A stretch of 63,741 bases of DNA, filler included, from Octopus bimaculoides (Eukaryota): NCBI RefSeq assembly GCF_001194135.2. It is 8 parts of 8 records of this genome, joined end to end, with 100 filler letters (N's around TTAATTAATTAA, not from the genome) between each part and the next. Parts side by side here need not be neighbours in the genome. Positions count along the whole stretch, not along the records: positions 32,995 to 43,334 come from NC_068990.1; positions 43,435 to 47,597 come from NC_068983.1; positions 47,698 to 53,645 come from NC_068996.1; 5 more parts are not named here. One strand, given 5' to 3'. The notes below the pieces were generated by a model. It ran no database searches, was not told the DNA's origin, and saw only the letters and a list, made by a program, of their open reading frames with translations. Positions 38,236 to 51,596 of this stretch are shown piece after piece. The position numbers and the translations under genes were made by a program. Position 1 is the first letter of the stretch; each line of letters starts with the position of its first letter.

Positions 38236-41200
38236 AGTATCCAAATTAAAACATTGTCAATTTAATGCTGCTGTTTACGAAATAAAACATACTCTTTCGT
38301 GGAAGACGGTGGCTCGACTGAAATCAACGTGATAAGTAAACTCCAGGAAGAAGACTATCAGTGCGCTTGTATCTATGAATTTAGTATCCTTAACTAAACT
38401 CTCATCACGCACACACATGCACACGTACATACAAAAAACGTATGCATATGTATTGATGTGTGTGCGTATACATGACAACACGCCCCTTCACTCATTCTTT
38501 CTTTCTCTCACTCTTTCTCTCTCTCTCTCTTCCTCTGTCTCTTTTATTTCCTTCTCTCTCTCCCTCTTACTCTCTCTTTCTTTCACACACACGTCTATTT
38601 CATATACACGTATATACATCTTTCCCTTTCTCGCCTCTTTCACTTTAAAACAATAGTAAATAAATAAAAAAATTTCGGAGATTAACGACTTGAAAATAAT
38701 TGAAAGAAAACATTGAAATATTGTCTGTTTAAAGAAACCCAAAATATAAATACTGTACAAACAACTTAATTTTTTGAAATCGCATTCATATAAAAAATAT
38801 TTCTAAATGATTAAAATATTGTGTACGTCAAAAAGTCAACGTGTTTTTTTCTTAGAGTCCGCAATGACTATGTGTGTGTATATGTCACAGATAGCGGACG
38901 TGTGTTTGTGTTGATTGACACGCCATGACATTCCTTATATGTGCGTGTATTCTTTATGTGTGCATGTGCATTGACGTCACAGAAGCCATGTTCTTTTTAT
39001 CGTCAAGAAATAACGAACAATAATTGTGTTTACTCGTTTTCATTAATGAACAGAGGTCCAAATATCACAAAAATTTGTACTGCACTGCCGAAGGTAAGTA
39101 TGAAAATAAATATGCAAACAAAAAAATGCGATAAAATATACTATATCTGAGATATTTCGGATACAGACAAACATCCTTAGAGTTTTGGTATTATTAAGAT
39201 ACACGCACACACACACACATATGTGGTTTAGTAACTTGTACCGCACTTTCGAAAATTGTTGTAGGTGTCCATGCGATCGCAAGCAGACATAGTGACCCTT
39301 TTGGCCTTCCTCACCCTTGATCCAGCTGTACACTTAGGATGTGACAGTGGGAAAGGAAAAGAAAGAGAGAGTAGAGAGAGCAGCACAAACAGCCAGTCGG
39401 ACTAGACCGGAGCATCGTTGAATGAAGTACCTTGCTTAAGGACAGAACGCACTTCCCACGTACCTTCNNNNNNNNNNNNNNNNNNNNNNNNNNNNNNNNN
39501 NNNNNNNNNNNNNNNNNNNNNNNNNNNNNNNNNNNNNNNNNNNNNNNNNNNNNNNNNNNNNNNNNNNAACACCTTTGATCAAAGATTTGCGCGATCAGAT
39601 TTAACTTGGAGTTAAACAAGAGCAATGACAATGTTTTTGCTACTGTTTATTTTTATGTAACCCCAGACATTTATATGTCTTTGAAAATAACGACAAGTAA
39701 TTACGCATTTAAAATACAAATCGATGTTTTTTCTAGTCTGTGATGCATTTCCTTGAAGCCAACCAAACAATCGCTTGCATATATTTCAAATTTAAACTTT
39801 AACTACAACTAAAAATATTCAGTCAGCTTCAATCGAGGTTTTCGCCTTATTACAATGTTTCAGCTGTGTGGTATTTAAGAAGCAGATAATATTGTGTTTG
39901 TATCCTCATGGAAACTTAATAAATAAATGCAGGGTTCGTTACTGAGTGTCTTCTTTTCCTTTTGATATTTTGTTGGTTTTTTTTTTAATATTGAGCATAC
40001 GCTTGCAAGTCTCCTCTCTCAACACTGATGTTTATTCAAGGGAAACCCGCCGACTTTAGACGATGCAAAACGACAGCATCATAGCCATGCATTCAGAAGA
40101 ATTTTGCGTGGTTTGAATAATTCACCTCTGGAAACGTAGGTGTTTCGTTCATCATCCTTAAATAAAGTTTATTCAAGGACCTTTTGAACGAGATGGGCTG
40201 TGGAAAATTTTAACTAGACCCCCATCTGCAAAGTAATGCGCTGTTTAATCTTGATATTAGATCACCAAGTCGCGCACATATGGTTGTGATGCATGTGCCT
40301 GATGTACTCTTATCAGACGAGTAGTCATGATGGGTAGATTGTGCTTCGTATATTTGTACCTCAGTGTCATTTTGATGGCATGCACTAGGCCAGTAAGTTC
40401 GGAAAAGGAATAAGTCGATTACATCCACCCAGTGCTCAACTGGTACTTATCTTACCGACCCCAGAAAGATAAAGGGCAAAGTCGACCCCGGTGGCATTTG
40501 AAATCAGAACTTAGAAAAGGCATACTCAAGTCGCCCACATATGAGGCGATCGCAAAAGGTCAACCCAGCTGGAATACAATGGAAGAGACTAATTTTGGTA
40601 GAAATACCTTGACGATCATGGTTTATCCCGTAACAGACAATAATGATAATAATGAAAATAATAATGATGGTGTGCCCTTATCAGACGGGTAGTCATGATG
40701 GGGTATACTGGGCTTCGTATATTTTACCTCAGTGTCACTTTGATGGCATGCACTGCTCTCTCGCTCAATAATAATAATGATGATGATGATGATGATGATG
40801 ATGATAATGATTTCAAATGTTGGCACAAGGCCAGCAAGTTCGTAGAAGTGAGTAAGTCGATTACACAGACGCCAGTACTCAATTGATACTTTATTTTATC
40901 GACCCCGAAGGCTGGAAAGGCAAAGTCGACCTCGCTGGTATTTGAACTCAGAACGTAAAAGCGGGCGGAAATGCCGCTAAGTATTTTGTCTGGTCTGCCA
41001 ACTGCTCTACCAGCTCACCACCTTAACAACAACAACAACAAGAAGGAGGATAAGAAGAGGAGGAAGACATATGTGATGATTCTATAGGAAGGTCCAACTC
41101 CGTGTGAAAATAAGTAGGAAAATATTTATTGCTTCTCGGTAGCAGATGTAAGAATCCATTTATTGAGACTGTGTAAACTATTCAGACAAAATAATAAATA

Positions 41201-41710
41201 AATATATCCCCATGAGAAAAAATAAAACATAGTTTGTGGAATGAGAAGACGAATTAACGACTTTAACAGGTCTGGATGTCAGATTAATCTGATCATAAAA
41301 TGTAATTTAACTCAATTTTTACTGGACATGAAAATAATAGACCACTAATTTGGGGTTTTATCAAATGATGGTACTTGCATAAAGTATTCTGACATCGTGA
41401 GACATACAGGAGATGAGAAGTTGTGACGTTCATTTAATTTTTTCTTTTTATTTATTTATTAGTCTGAAGATGATACACAGCGTCTATAACAATTTTCAGA
41501 GCTTTCTAGACTGAAGTGGAGAAATAGAGAAATAGAATTAATGTAGGTTTCCCCCGGAGATTATCTCGAGAGCGGCTTTAGTTGAACTTATCTTAAATGT
41601 GTGATATTCATCTCAATATAAACTGATCGATGCATCATTTTTCTGCTTCATTGCTCTTATGCCTGATATCTGCGGGGCTGGCTTATACTGAAATTTTATA
41701 TATTCTATAC

Positions 41711-42200
41711 CAGGGATCACCAAACTTTTTTCACGACGGGCCAGATAACTGAGAGAATGACGATCGCGGGCCGAATAACCATTTTGTTCAATATAATACA
41801 GTGAAATAACAAAAAAATAAAGACAGCCAACATATTTATTTACCAGAAACTTATCAAAGAAGGCGGCGTTAGCAATGAGATAGTTATATCAGACCCAGTA
41901 CACACATATCCGGGTCTCACAAACTAAGCAGCAAAGAAATCTTAGTGAGATTTGTGAAGCTGGAGTTTAGCTTTGAAGATATCGTCAATATTTGCTTTGG
42001 AATTGCTGCATCCTACCAAGAGAATTGCTTTCAAATGTTCATCAGTCAGCCTCGTTCGATGTGCTGACTTTACATACTTCATTATTGAAAATGATTGCTG
42101 GCAGACATCAGTTGACCTCACAAACACCTTAATTTGCTCAATACTACTTTTCTTACAGGGCGCAATTTCTGTTCAACATTGTTGGTCTCACCAACAAATT
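41711..42200 (-). mobile_element. 3' end of a hAT (Charlie/SPIN-like) transposon with transposase C-terminus
   Basis: STDVCQQSFSIMKYVKSAHRTRLTDEHLKAIL...LHKSH* matches the hAT dimerisation-domain tail; terminus CAGGGATCACCAAACTTTTT at 41711. Confidence 0.85.
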
Positions 42201-42411
42201 GCGTGTCTCATCGACATCTTCCTCCACTCCGGTGTTAGTCTCACTCAGATTTAGCGTCATTTAACTGTAATGTCACTCCGAGGCTTTACCTCTATTCTAC
42301 ATTGCTGGTCTCACAAAAACAATGCCTTTACTCTTCAGTGCTTATCTCAGTAAAAATTTACATCTAAATAAATCTTGTGTAAGCGAAATCTTACTTCTCC
42401 CTTACTATACA

Positions 42412-42782
42412 GTGGAGGTGCAATGGCCCATTAGTTAGGGCAGCGAACTCGCGGTCGTAGGATCGCGGTTTCGATTCCCAGACCGGGCGTTGAGCGAAAA
42501 CACCTAAAGTTCCACAAGGCTCTGGCAGGGGATGGTGGCGAACCCTGCTGTACTCTTTCACGACAACTTTCTCTCACTCTTTCTTCCTGTTTCTGTTGTG
42601 CCTGTAATTCAAAATTTCAGCTTTGTCGCACTCTGTGTCACGCTGAATCTCCCCCAGAACTACGTTAAGGGTACACGTATCTGTGGAGTGCTCAGCCACT
42701 TGCACGTTAATTTTATGAGCAGGCTGTTCCGTTGATCGGATCAAGTGGAACCCACATCGTCGTAATCGACGGAGTGCCAGCA
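42412..42782 (+). mobile_element. Family C SINE, full length with TSD
   Basis: B box GGTTTCGATTCCC; TSD CTTACTATACA at 42401-42411 and 42783-42793. Confidence 0.9.
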
Positions 42783-43297
42783 CTTACTATACATCTTTAT
42801 TAGAACGTTATCACTTTTTCTATGAGCTACGTACAAGAAAAGCAGTGTACCCATAACGAGTGAGTGCTATTTCATACCGAGGGTTAATTCAGTTGATGTG
42901 ACTGATCTTCGTTTTAGATAGATGCATGTTGAAATATGCAGCAAAGCAATTTTGGATGGGGAATTCCATAAAATAACAGATCTGGAGAGAAGACGCACTG
43001 GGGAAAATGTTTACCATGGGCTCTGAGAAATGTGACACAGGAAGGCCGACGTGAGAAGAACCGTGTTCACTAAGTCATCTCGAGGAGAGGACAAGCAACT
43101 GAGTCAGTAGTTCTTAAATCCTTATAGCAAACATTAGTGAAGGTAGGCGCACTAAGAGAACATCATATATATGTGTACCAATGTACGTATGTACATTTAT
43201 AAGTATTTCTGTATGTCCTTATGTACGTGTGAGTGTGCGCGTGCGCGTGCATGCTTGTATGTATATGTGTGTGTGCACATGAAATAGTTGGAGGATG

Positions 43298-43334
<37 letters not shown>

Positions 43335-43891
43335 NNNNNNNNNNNNNNNNNNNNNNNNNNNNNNNNNNNNNNNNNNNNTTAATTAATTAANNNNNNNNNN
43401 NNNNNNNNNNNNNNNNNNNNNNNNNNNNNNNNNNTATATATATATATATATATATATCATCATCATTTAATATTTGTATTTTTGTGCTGGCATTGCTTGG
43501 ACAGTTTGACAGTAGCTGTCAACTTTACTGTCTGTTTTGGCATGATTTTTACAGCTGAATTCCTGATGGCAACCACTTCACACAGTGGCTTGGTTGCATT
43601 TTATATGGTACCAGCACTGGTGAGGTCTACTTTGGCATGGTTTTTACAGCTGGATGCCCTTCCAGACACCAACCACTTTACAGTGTGGACTGGATGCTTT
43701 TCATGTAGCATTAGTACTGTGACAGGGTCACCAAGTGACTTGCATGACATAGATCTTTTGAGAGAGAGGGTATTGAGGGTGTCAGGTGAAACACACACAC
43801 ACACACACACGTATATGTAGTTATATGTATGTGTATATATTTGTGTGCCTGTGTGTTTATATATATTTTTGTGTGTGTGTGTATATATACG

Positions 43892-43948
<57 letters not shown>

Positions 43949-44577
43949 GTGTGTGTACATGCTTGATATGCATAATAATAATGCTTGTTTGTCATGCTGG
44001 TTGGCTGAGTTAAGTTAGTGTTAACCTATTTACTGCAGTAAATATTGCAAATGCAGAGCAAAAATAAATTTATTGTGATAAGAAACAGCGTTAGTTTGCA
44101 ATAAGTTTTACAGTGTGAGTGATAACTTTGTGCTTCTTCCAGTCCTATTCTGACTTCTTCAGTGAAACATAGCCTTCATTGTACTTGCTTAAGTTGTGAT
44201 AAAAGAGTTGTTTTATGCCTGTCATTCAGAAGGGCACATTACATTATCAATAATAGAAAGGGTTTATGGTTTCTTCATTCTACAACTCTTCAGTCTCTGA
44301 ACCAATGACAAAACCTGTACATGGTCACCTGATCTGTCAGAAATTACAGCCCAATCTCTTGCAAATAACACTACTATCTAAGAAAAAAGAATGAGAGCAT
44401 GAATTAAATAAGTAGTAGTACGTAGATATGACTGTGTGCTCCCCAACCACATATTGTCTCAGGTTCAGTCTGACTGCGTGGCACCTTGGGGGAGCAAGTG
44501 TCTTCTACTTTAGCCCCAAGCTGAGGAATGTCTTGTGAGAGGCTTTGGTAGATGGAAACTGAAAGAAGCCTATCATT

Positions 44578-44628
<51 letters not shown>

Positions 44629-44699
44629 GGGGAGAAGTGTATATCCATGCAGAATATAAAAGAATTTGTTTTGGGGAGGCTGATAACAGTACAGCCAGA

Positions 44700-45040
44700 T
44701 TGGTACCTGTGCCGGTGGCACATAAAAAGCACCATTCGAGTGTGGTCGATGCCAGTGCTGCCTGGCTGGTTCTGTGCCAGTGGCACGTAAAAAGCACCAT
44801 TCAAACATGATTGTTGCCAGTGCCACCTGAGTGGCTCCCATACCAGTGGCACATAAAAAGTACCATTCAAGCGTGGTTGATGCCAGTACTGCCTGACTGG
44901 CCCTCGTGCTGGTGGCATATAAAAAGCTACCATGACACTAGCTGTAGAAACTTTGTCAGATCAGACTGGAGCTTGGTGCAGCCTTCTGGCTTGCCAGCCC
45001 TCAGTCTAACCGTCCAAGCCATGGAAAGCGGACATTAAAC
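44700..45040 (+). mobile_element. Older RTE-type 3'UTR with internal ~60-65-bp tandem units
   Basis: Repeated GTGGCAC(A/G)TAAAAAGCACCATTC units, then the CATGGAAAGCGGACATTAAAC tail. Confidence 0.7.
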
Positions 45041-45722
45041 GAAATTGATGAAGATGATGATGTTTGAAAATGCACCTGAATGTCAGAACATAATTTTCAA
45101 ATAAATCTTACAAAATTTCAAAATGACTGGGCTTTGAGATTCAGGTACATTTTCAAATCCTCAAACAATTTCTCCTGCACACACACATATTTATGTGTGT
45201 GTTCCTGTTTCCTTGCCTTGGCTTCATATAATTGTTGTAAAGAAAAGACACTGTCATGCAAGTGGTGTCCTTTGTTTCTCATCTTTCATGAAAACATGTC
45301 TGGTCATGGGGAATATTACCTTACTTAGAAACTCATGAGGGTTGGCAGCTGGAAGGGCATCCAGTTGTAGAATATCCGCATCAATGAACACTATCCAACC
45401 AATGCAAGCATGGAAAAAAATGGATATTAAATGAGGATGACATACTATGTCTAAAATAGATGAGATGGTCACCGCTGGAACTCCTTTGATTATAGGTCTG
45501 CTTAGTGAGGGCTGACTTGGGGCTATATAAGAAAAGTTACTACCGTTTCTTCTTCAATAGAATCAAATCAAATAAACTTCCAAAGTTAATGGAACTGAAA
45601 TTAACAAACCATTTCCTTCTATTGAGATAGCAATTTTTAATTTTTCATTTTTGTTAAGTTATTCATTCTCTCAAGAGAATGTTGAAAAATAATTGCATGT
45701 TTTTACATATTTTCTTCTGCAG

Positions 45723-45801
45723 AGCGACAACCAACAACTTCTGAAAGAAAACGAAAAACAGAAACAGCTGGAAGAAAATTATTCGTTTGTGTGGAAAGAC
45801 G
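45723..45801 (+). CDS. Candidate exon SDNQQLLKENEKQKQLEENYSFVWKD(G) of an unknown plus-strand gene
   Basis: Acceptor tattttcttctgcag, donor ACG|GTAGGA, coiled-coil-like translation, phase 0 to 1. Confidence 0.45.
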
Positions 45802-46871
45802 GTAGGAAAAGGCAGCAGTCACAGAAGGAAACTCCCAAATCATCCACGTAGTTCTTCACTGGAGAGGAAAGAAATTTCAACATAGAGAAATAACTGCAAC
45901 AATAAAATTAACAACCACCTCAGCAACAACAACAATGACAGCCACTGCAGCAGCAGCAGCAGCAGCAACAACAATGCCAATAACAACAACAACAACAACA
46001 ACAACAACAACTGTGTCACTAGTAGTAGTAGCAGCAGCAGCAGTCACAACAATAAAAATTATTACTTAATTGCTACACCGTGTTCTCCTGCTCAACCCTT
46101 GGTCATGAAAATATATATATATATATACACACACATACAGAGAGAGAGAGAGGGGACCGACTGGGCTCTCTTTCTTTCTCTTACTTTGTCTTTTACCTGT
46201 TCTATCTCTTTCTCTCTCTCTCTCTCTCTCTCACAGACTGATTTTCTGTTACACTCAAACTCTTTTCAGAATCTGTCCAATAAATACAATCATATTATAT
46301 ACACACATACTCTCTTACAAACACACACACACACTCTGTCATTCCCGTATAGACATGCTTCCCTCTCCTTTGGATAGTACAGATATACATGTGTTCATGC
46401 ATGCACCACTGTGCACACATGTATCCATGTTCACATGGATATGTAGACAGATATGGATGTTTTCATGCATATCTGTGCATCTGTAAGACATACATACAGT
46501 TCTTCATTTTTTTCTCTCTCTGTCACACACAACACACACGCACACACACACACAATTTCCACCTAAATTCTCTCTCAACCACATACATAATTTAATGTCT
46601 CCACGCTTACATGCAAACAGACATGACATATTTACAGACCATGTACTCTAAACGTCTTCATGCACTTTCCTGTTCTAAATTATATATTCTTCTCAGCCAC
46701 TCTACACCTTTCGGTCCTCTCCCTCTCTCTCTTTCCCTCTCTCTTTCTCCCTCTCTCTCTCTCTCTCTCTCTCTCCCTCTCTCTTTCTCCCTCTCTCTCT
46801 CTCTCTCTNNNNNNNNNNTACTACTCAGATGTTGAATTTAATATATTTCAAGATAAAGAAATTAAATGTAT

Positions 46872-46910
<39 letters not shown>

Positions 46911-47124
46911 CACACACTCACACACACACACTCACACACACACTCATGATTGTGAGAGTGTTTGCACATACACCTTTATATGCTTACATACACTTAGGCA
47001 TATAAATGTGCGTGTGTATATATATATATACATATGTACACACACACACATGTAAGCACACATGCATATATACATACACTTATACACACAAACACAAGCA
47101 TTTGTGCATAAGCACAAACACAAG

Positions 47125-47157
<33 letters not shown>

Positions 47158-47440
47158 TATATATATATGAACACCTGCATGTGCGTGCATGTGTACCAGT
47201 GCACATGCCCACATAAAGACACACATGTAATCAGAAAATATTAAATCAGCAAGAAGATATATGAAATATATCCACCAAAACCATATCAACAAAAGCATTC
47301 CATCTTCTATTATTTACTCCATTGAACATTTACAAGATTCCCAGTATGTTTTTTTTTTCTTTGTGATATATAGCTGTATGTTTGTGTAAGTAATATTGGT
47401 GTGTATCTTTATAGTTCTGTGTGATATGTGTGTGTGTATG

Positions 47441-47471
<31 letters not shown>

Positions 47472-47504
47472 ACACGTCTGTGTATGTATGTATATGTATG
47501 CATA

Positions 47505-47536
<32 letters not shown>

Positions 47537-47697
47537 GCATTTCTCTATATGCATATGGATGTGTGTATGTACGTGTATATATATATATATATATATANNN
47601 NNNNNNNNNNNNNNNNNNNNNNNNNNNNNNNNNNNNNNNNNTTAATTAATTAANNNNNNNNNNNNNNNNNNNNNNNNNNNNNNNNNNNNNNNNNNNN

Positions 47698-47868
47698 ACT
47701 CTCTGAGTGGTTGGCGTTAGGAAGGGCATCCAGCTGTAGAAACTCTGCCAAATTAGACTGGAGCCTGGTGTTGCCATCCGGTTTCACCAGTCCTCAGTCA
47801 AATCGTCCAACCCATGCTAGCATGGAAAGCGGACGTTAAACGATGATGATGATGATGATGATGATGAT
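47698..47868 (+). mobile_element. Young RTE LINE 3' end
   Basis: One visible substitution versus 1-230; (GAT)n tail. Confidence 0.8.
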
Positions 47869-47993
47869 GTATATGTATATATATGTGTATATGTATACAT
47901 ATATATGTATATATGTGTGTATATATATATGTATATATGTGTGTATATATATGTATATATGTGTGTATATATATGTATTTATGTGTGTGTGTA

Positions 47994-48212
47994 TACGAGG
48001 GAGTTCTGAAAGGTTCTTGGCTTTGGATAAAAGAAAATACTGGAGGATCAGTTGATTATGATTTTATTCAACATATTCCCCTCTCAGATTCACACACTTA
48101 TTGCAGCTGTCCTTCAGTTTTTCTAAGCCCTGTAAAGGGACTTGGAAGGTTGGGCCTCTCACCAGGCCCTTTGCGATACCCTTAAAGCCAAGAAGTTTTT
48201 AGCACCCCTATA
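47994..48212. mobile_element. Mariner-type MITE
   Basis: TA-flanked; imperfect TIRs GAGGGAGTTCTGAAAGGTTCTTGGCTTT and (rc) AGGGGTGCTAAAAACTTCTTGGCTTT. Confidence 0.7.
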
Positions 48213-48294
48213 TATTTATCTCCTTTTCTTGGCATTACATGACAGTAGTAGTATACCAGGATTACCATCATACAAGCAGTGTCCTCCATTTCCT

Positions 48295-48506
48295 ATCATC
48301 ATCATCATCATCATCGTTTAACGTCCGCTTTCCATGCTAGCATGGGTTGGACGATTTGACTGAGGACTGGTGAAACCGGATGGCAACACCAGGCTCCAGT
48401 CTGATTTGGCAGAGTTTCTACAGCTGGATGCCCTTCCTAACGCCAACCACTCAGAGAGTGTAGTGGGTGCTTTTACGTGTCACCCGCACGAAAACGGCCA
48501 CGCTCG
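48295..48506 (-). mobile_element. Young RTE LINE 3' end, inverted orientation, running into a gap
   Basis: Reverse complement matches 19-230. Confidence 0.8.
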
Positions 48507-49428
48507 NNNNNNNNNNNNNNNNNNNNNNNNNNNNNNNNNNNNNNNNNNNNNNNNNNNNNNNNNNNNNNNNNNNNNNNNNNNNNNNNNNNNNNNNNNNNNN
48601 NNNNNNNNNNNNNNNNNNNNNNNNNNNNNNNNNNNNNNNNNNNNNNNNNNNNNNNNNNNNNNNNNNNNNNNNNNNNNNNNNNNNNNNNNNNNNNNNNNNN
48701 NNNNNNNNNNNNNNNNNNNNNNNNNNNNNNNNNNNNNNNNNNNNNNNNNNNNNNNNNNNNNNNNNNNNNNNNNNNNNNNNNNNNNNNNNNNNNNNNNNNN
48801 NNNNNNNNNNNNNNNNNNNNNNNNNNNNNNNNNNNNNNNNNNNNNNNNNNNNNNNNNNNNNNNNNNNNNNNNNNNNNNNNNNNNNNNNNNNNNNNNNNNN
48901 NNNNNNNNNNNNNNNNNNNNNNNNNNNNNNNNNNNNNNNNNNNNNNNNNNNNNNNNNNNNNNNNNNNNNNNNNNNNNNNNNNNNNNNNNNNNNNNNNNNN
49001 NNNNNNNNNNNNNNNNNNNNNNNNNNNNNNNNNNNNNNNNNNNNNNNNNNNNNNNNNNNNNNNNNNNNNNNNNNNNNNNNNNNNNNNNNNNNNNNNNNNN
49101 NNNNNNNNNNNNNNNNNNNNNNNNNNNNNNNNNNNNNNNNNNNNNNNNNNNNNNNNNNNNNNNNNNNNNNNNNNNNNNNNNNNNNNNNNNNNNNNNNNNN
49201 NNNNNNNNNNNNNNNNNNNNNNNNNNNNNNNNNNNNNNNNNNNNNNNNNNNNNNNNNNNNNNNNNNNGGCCTTGAAAATATTATTACCTTACTTGGAAAC
49301 TAGTGAGTGTTCACAACAAGGACATCTGGCTGTAGAAAAATCTGCTTCAACAAATTTCATCCAAATAGTGTGGATATGGAAAAATAGGCATTAAAACAAT
49401 GTTGATACACACACACACACATGTGCAT

Positions 49429-49486
<58 letters not shown>

Positions 49487-51498
49487 TCTACCATTCTTGC
49501 ACACATGTATGCATGTGTTAGAATATATCATCATTATCATTATTTAACCATTTTATAACCATATCTTTTAATTTAGAAACTACTGTAGAATTCATTTAAA
49601 TTGCTTTCTCATTGTTAAGCTGGTTTTTAGAACATAAATTAACTTTGAAATTTTGATGGAAGGATTTAATTTAGATTATTTTAAGACAGGAAGCATAGAA
49701 GAATGTATCAAAGAACAAGAGACAGTGTCAAAAGGGTAAACATCCATGTTCAATGCTAACATGGGTTGAATTATTTATATTTATATATTTAGGTGCAGTC
49801 AGAAGTGTGTTGTAAAGCATTTGCTTCTTCAACCATGATTGCAGGTTCAGTTACCATTGCATGGCATCTTGGCCAAGTGTCTTCTATTAAAGCCTTGTGA
49901 GTGGATTTAGTTGATGGAAACTGAAAGATGACCATTGTGTGTGTGTGTGTGTGTGTTTGTCTTCAACTATCATTTTGACAGTAAGAGTTGGTTTGTTTAT
50001 GTCCTAGTAACTTAACATTTTGGCAAAAAAAACCCAATATAATAAGTATAACAATATAACAGGCTTAAAAGAAAAAAGTACTAAGGTTGATTCGTTTAAG
50101 TAAAACACTTCAAGGCAGTGCCCCAGCATGGCTGCAGTCTAATGATTGAAACAGATAAAAAATAAATGACACACACACACCTGTGTGTGGTGTGTGTTGT
50201 GTGTGTGTGTGTGTGTGTATGTGTGAACCATTCCCCCTAATTTGACTTTGTATATTTGTTTGTTGCTTTTTTTTATTGTTATATATTGTTTGTTTTCTTT
50301 TTTGCTCATATGTGATCTGGATATTACCTTTTGTGATCTTGTGGCACTGTACTCAGCTGGTTATAAAGAACTACTGCTCAACATGTTACAGCTCAACATG
50401 TAGCTTGTAAGTCATGGCCAGATTAAGACCCACAGAGGCCCTGAGCACTTAAAAGATTTTGGTACCCCAATATATGTGTAATTCAAAATATAAACAACAA
50501 TAAACTATAAAATAAATATTTATTTTTCAAGATGAAACAAAACTAACAGTTCAATGGAAAATAACATTTATTTTTGTATACTTCCACTTTATTTATATTT
50601 GAAAAGTTTTCTCCTACTTTTTTTAATTGCCTTTTAATCAGATTCTCACTATAACACCATGAACACTTCGAGATTATATTTCTGATCATGTAAACCACTT
50701 CAGATATTATTTTAGAGAATTTAAAGTGATTACTTTTGTGCTGTAAACCATTTACTATTTCTGTCTGGGAAGCACTTTTGGTGTTGAGAAAACAGATTTT
50801 TTTTTCTCTCTCTCTGATGGTTATTAAGCAGCTACTTCCTTCTGAAGCTGGGAAATATGGCAAAAGAATGACCCTGGTGACCTGAGTCAATGATAGATGA
50901 GAAAACAGCTATTTTGTGGAAGCTGTCAGTGTGTTTAGTCTATTGTGTCCATAGTGAAGAGTTAGTCTTCAGATATATCTCTTAACAGCACCATCAGTTG
51001 GAATGGTTTTAAACTTAAAATCCTTCATACTGTATTAGCAATAACTGATCTTTATCCATCTGCCACTTCAAAATTGGTTTGTCAGTGCTGCTCAGTTCTT
51101 TGAAATACTTAACTCTACAGAATTATGTTGTCATCATTCTTGGGTAAAACTGGCCAGAATGAGCTGGAGAGGGAATCTCTTTGTTGTCATTCAGCATACT
51201 AAAAATAGCAGCGTAAGCTCCCTCACTATTAGGGATTGAGATAAGAAGAACATGTAGAATAATGTAATGTAAGACAGGATGGTCACAGCTGGAATACTCA
51301 TGATCATAGATCGAACATGTTACCAAGGGACGTAACTATTAAGATGACTATGTGGTCGCATTGTCTACAAGAAATAGTTGTATCTCTTCAATTTACATGA
51401 AGAATATCTACTCTAAATACACATTTAATGTAATGTCTTGGTGATCTAAATACAAGAAGATTCCTGAAAAATTATATCAGGGATGTATTTGTTAATAG

Positions 51499-51596
51499 GA
51501 TTGACCAGAAAGTTCCATGAACAAGAATTTAGGGCATTTGTAGTTCAATTGACTCAGGAACTCGTGACAAGCTACAAAAATTTTGAGAAGACATGA
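51499..51596 (+). CDS. Candidate terminal exon (G)LTRKFHEQEFRAFVVQLTQELVTSYKNFEKT* of an unknown plus-strand gene
   Basis: Acceptor gtatttgttaatag; phase 1 matches the 45723-45801 donor; amphipathic-helix-like translation; ATTAAA hexamers downstream. Confidence 0.45.

Noticed and set aside
41462-41516. CTGAAGA motif suggesting another hammerhead
   Set aside because: No GAAA core in register and no valid cleavage triplet
23710-42480. tRNA-like sequences with A/B boxes
   Set aside because: They continue into SINE bodies with tails and TSDs and lack a complete cloverleaf; not tRNA genes
44700-44930. Regularly spaced ~25-bp repeats resembling a CRISPR array
   Set aside because: The spacers are themselves similar to each other; this is part of an RTE 3'UTR minisatellite in a eukaryote, with no cas genes
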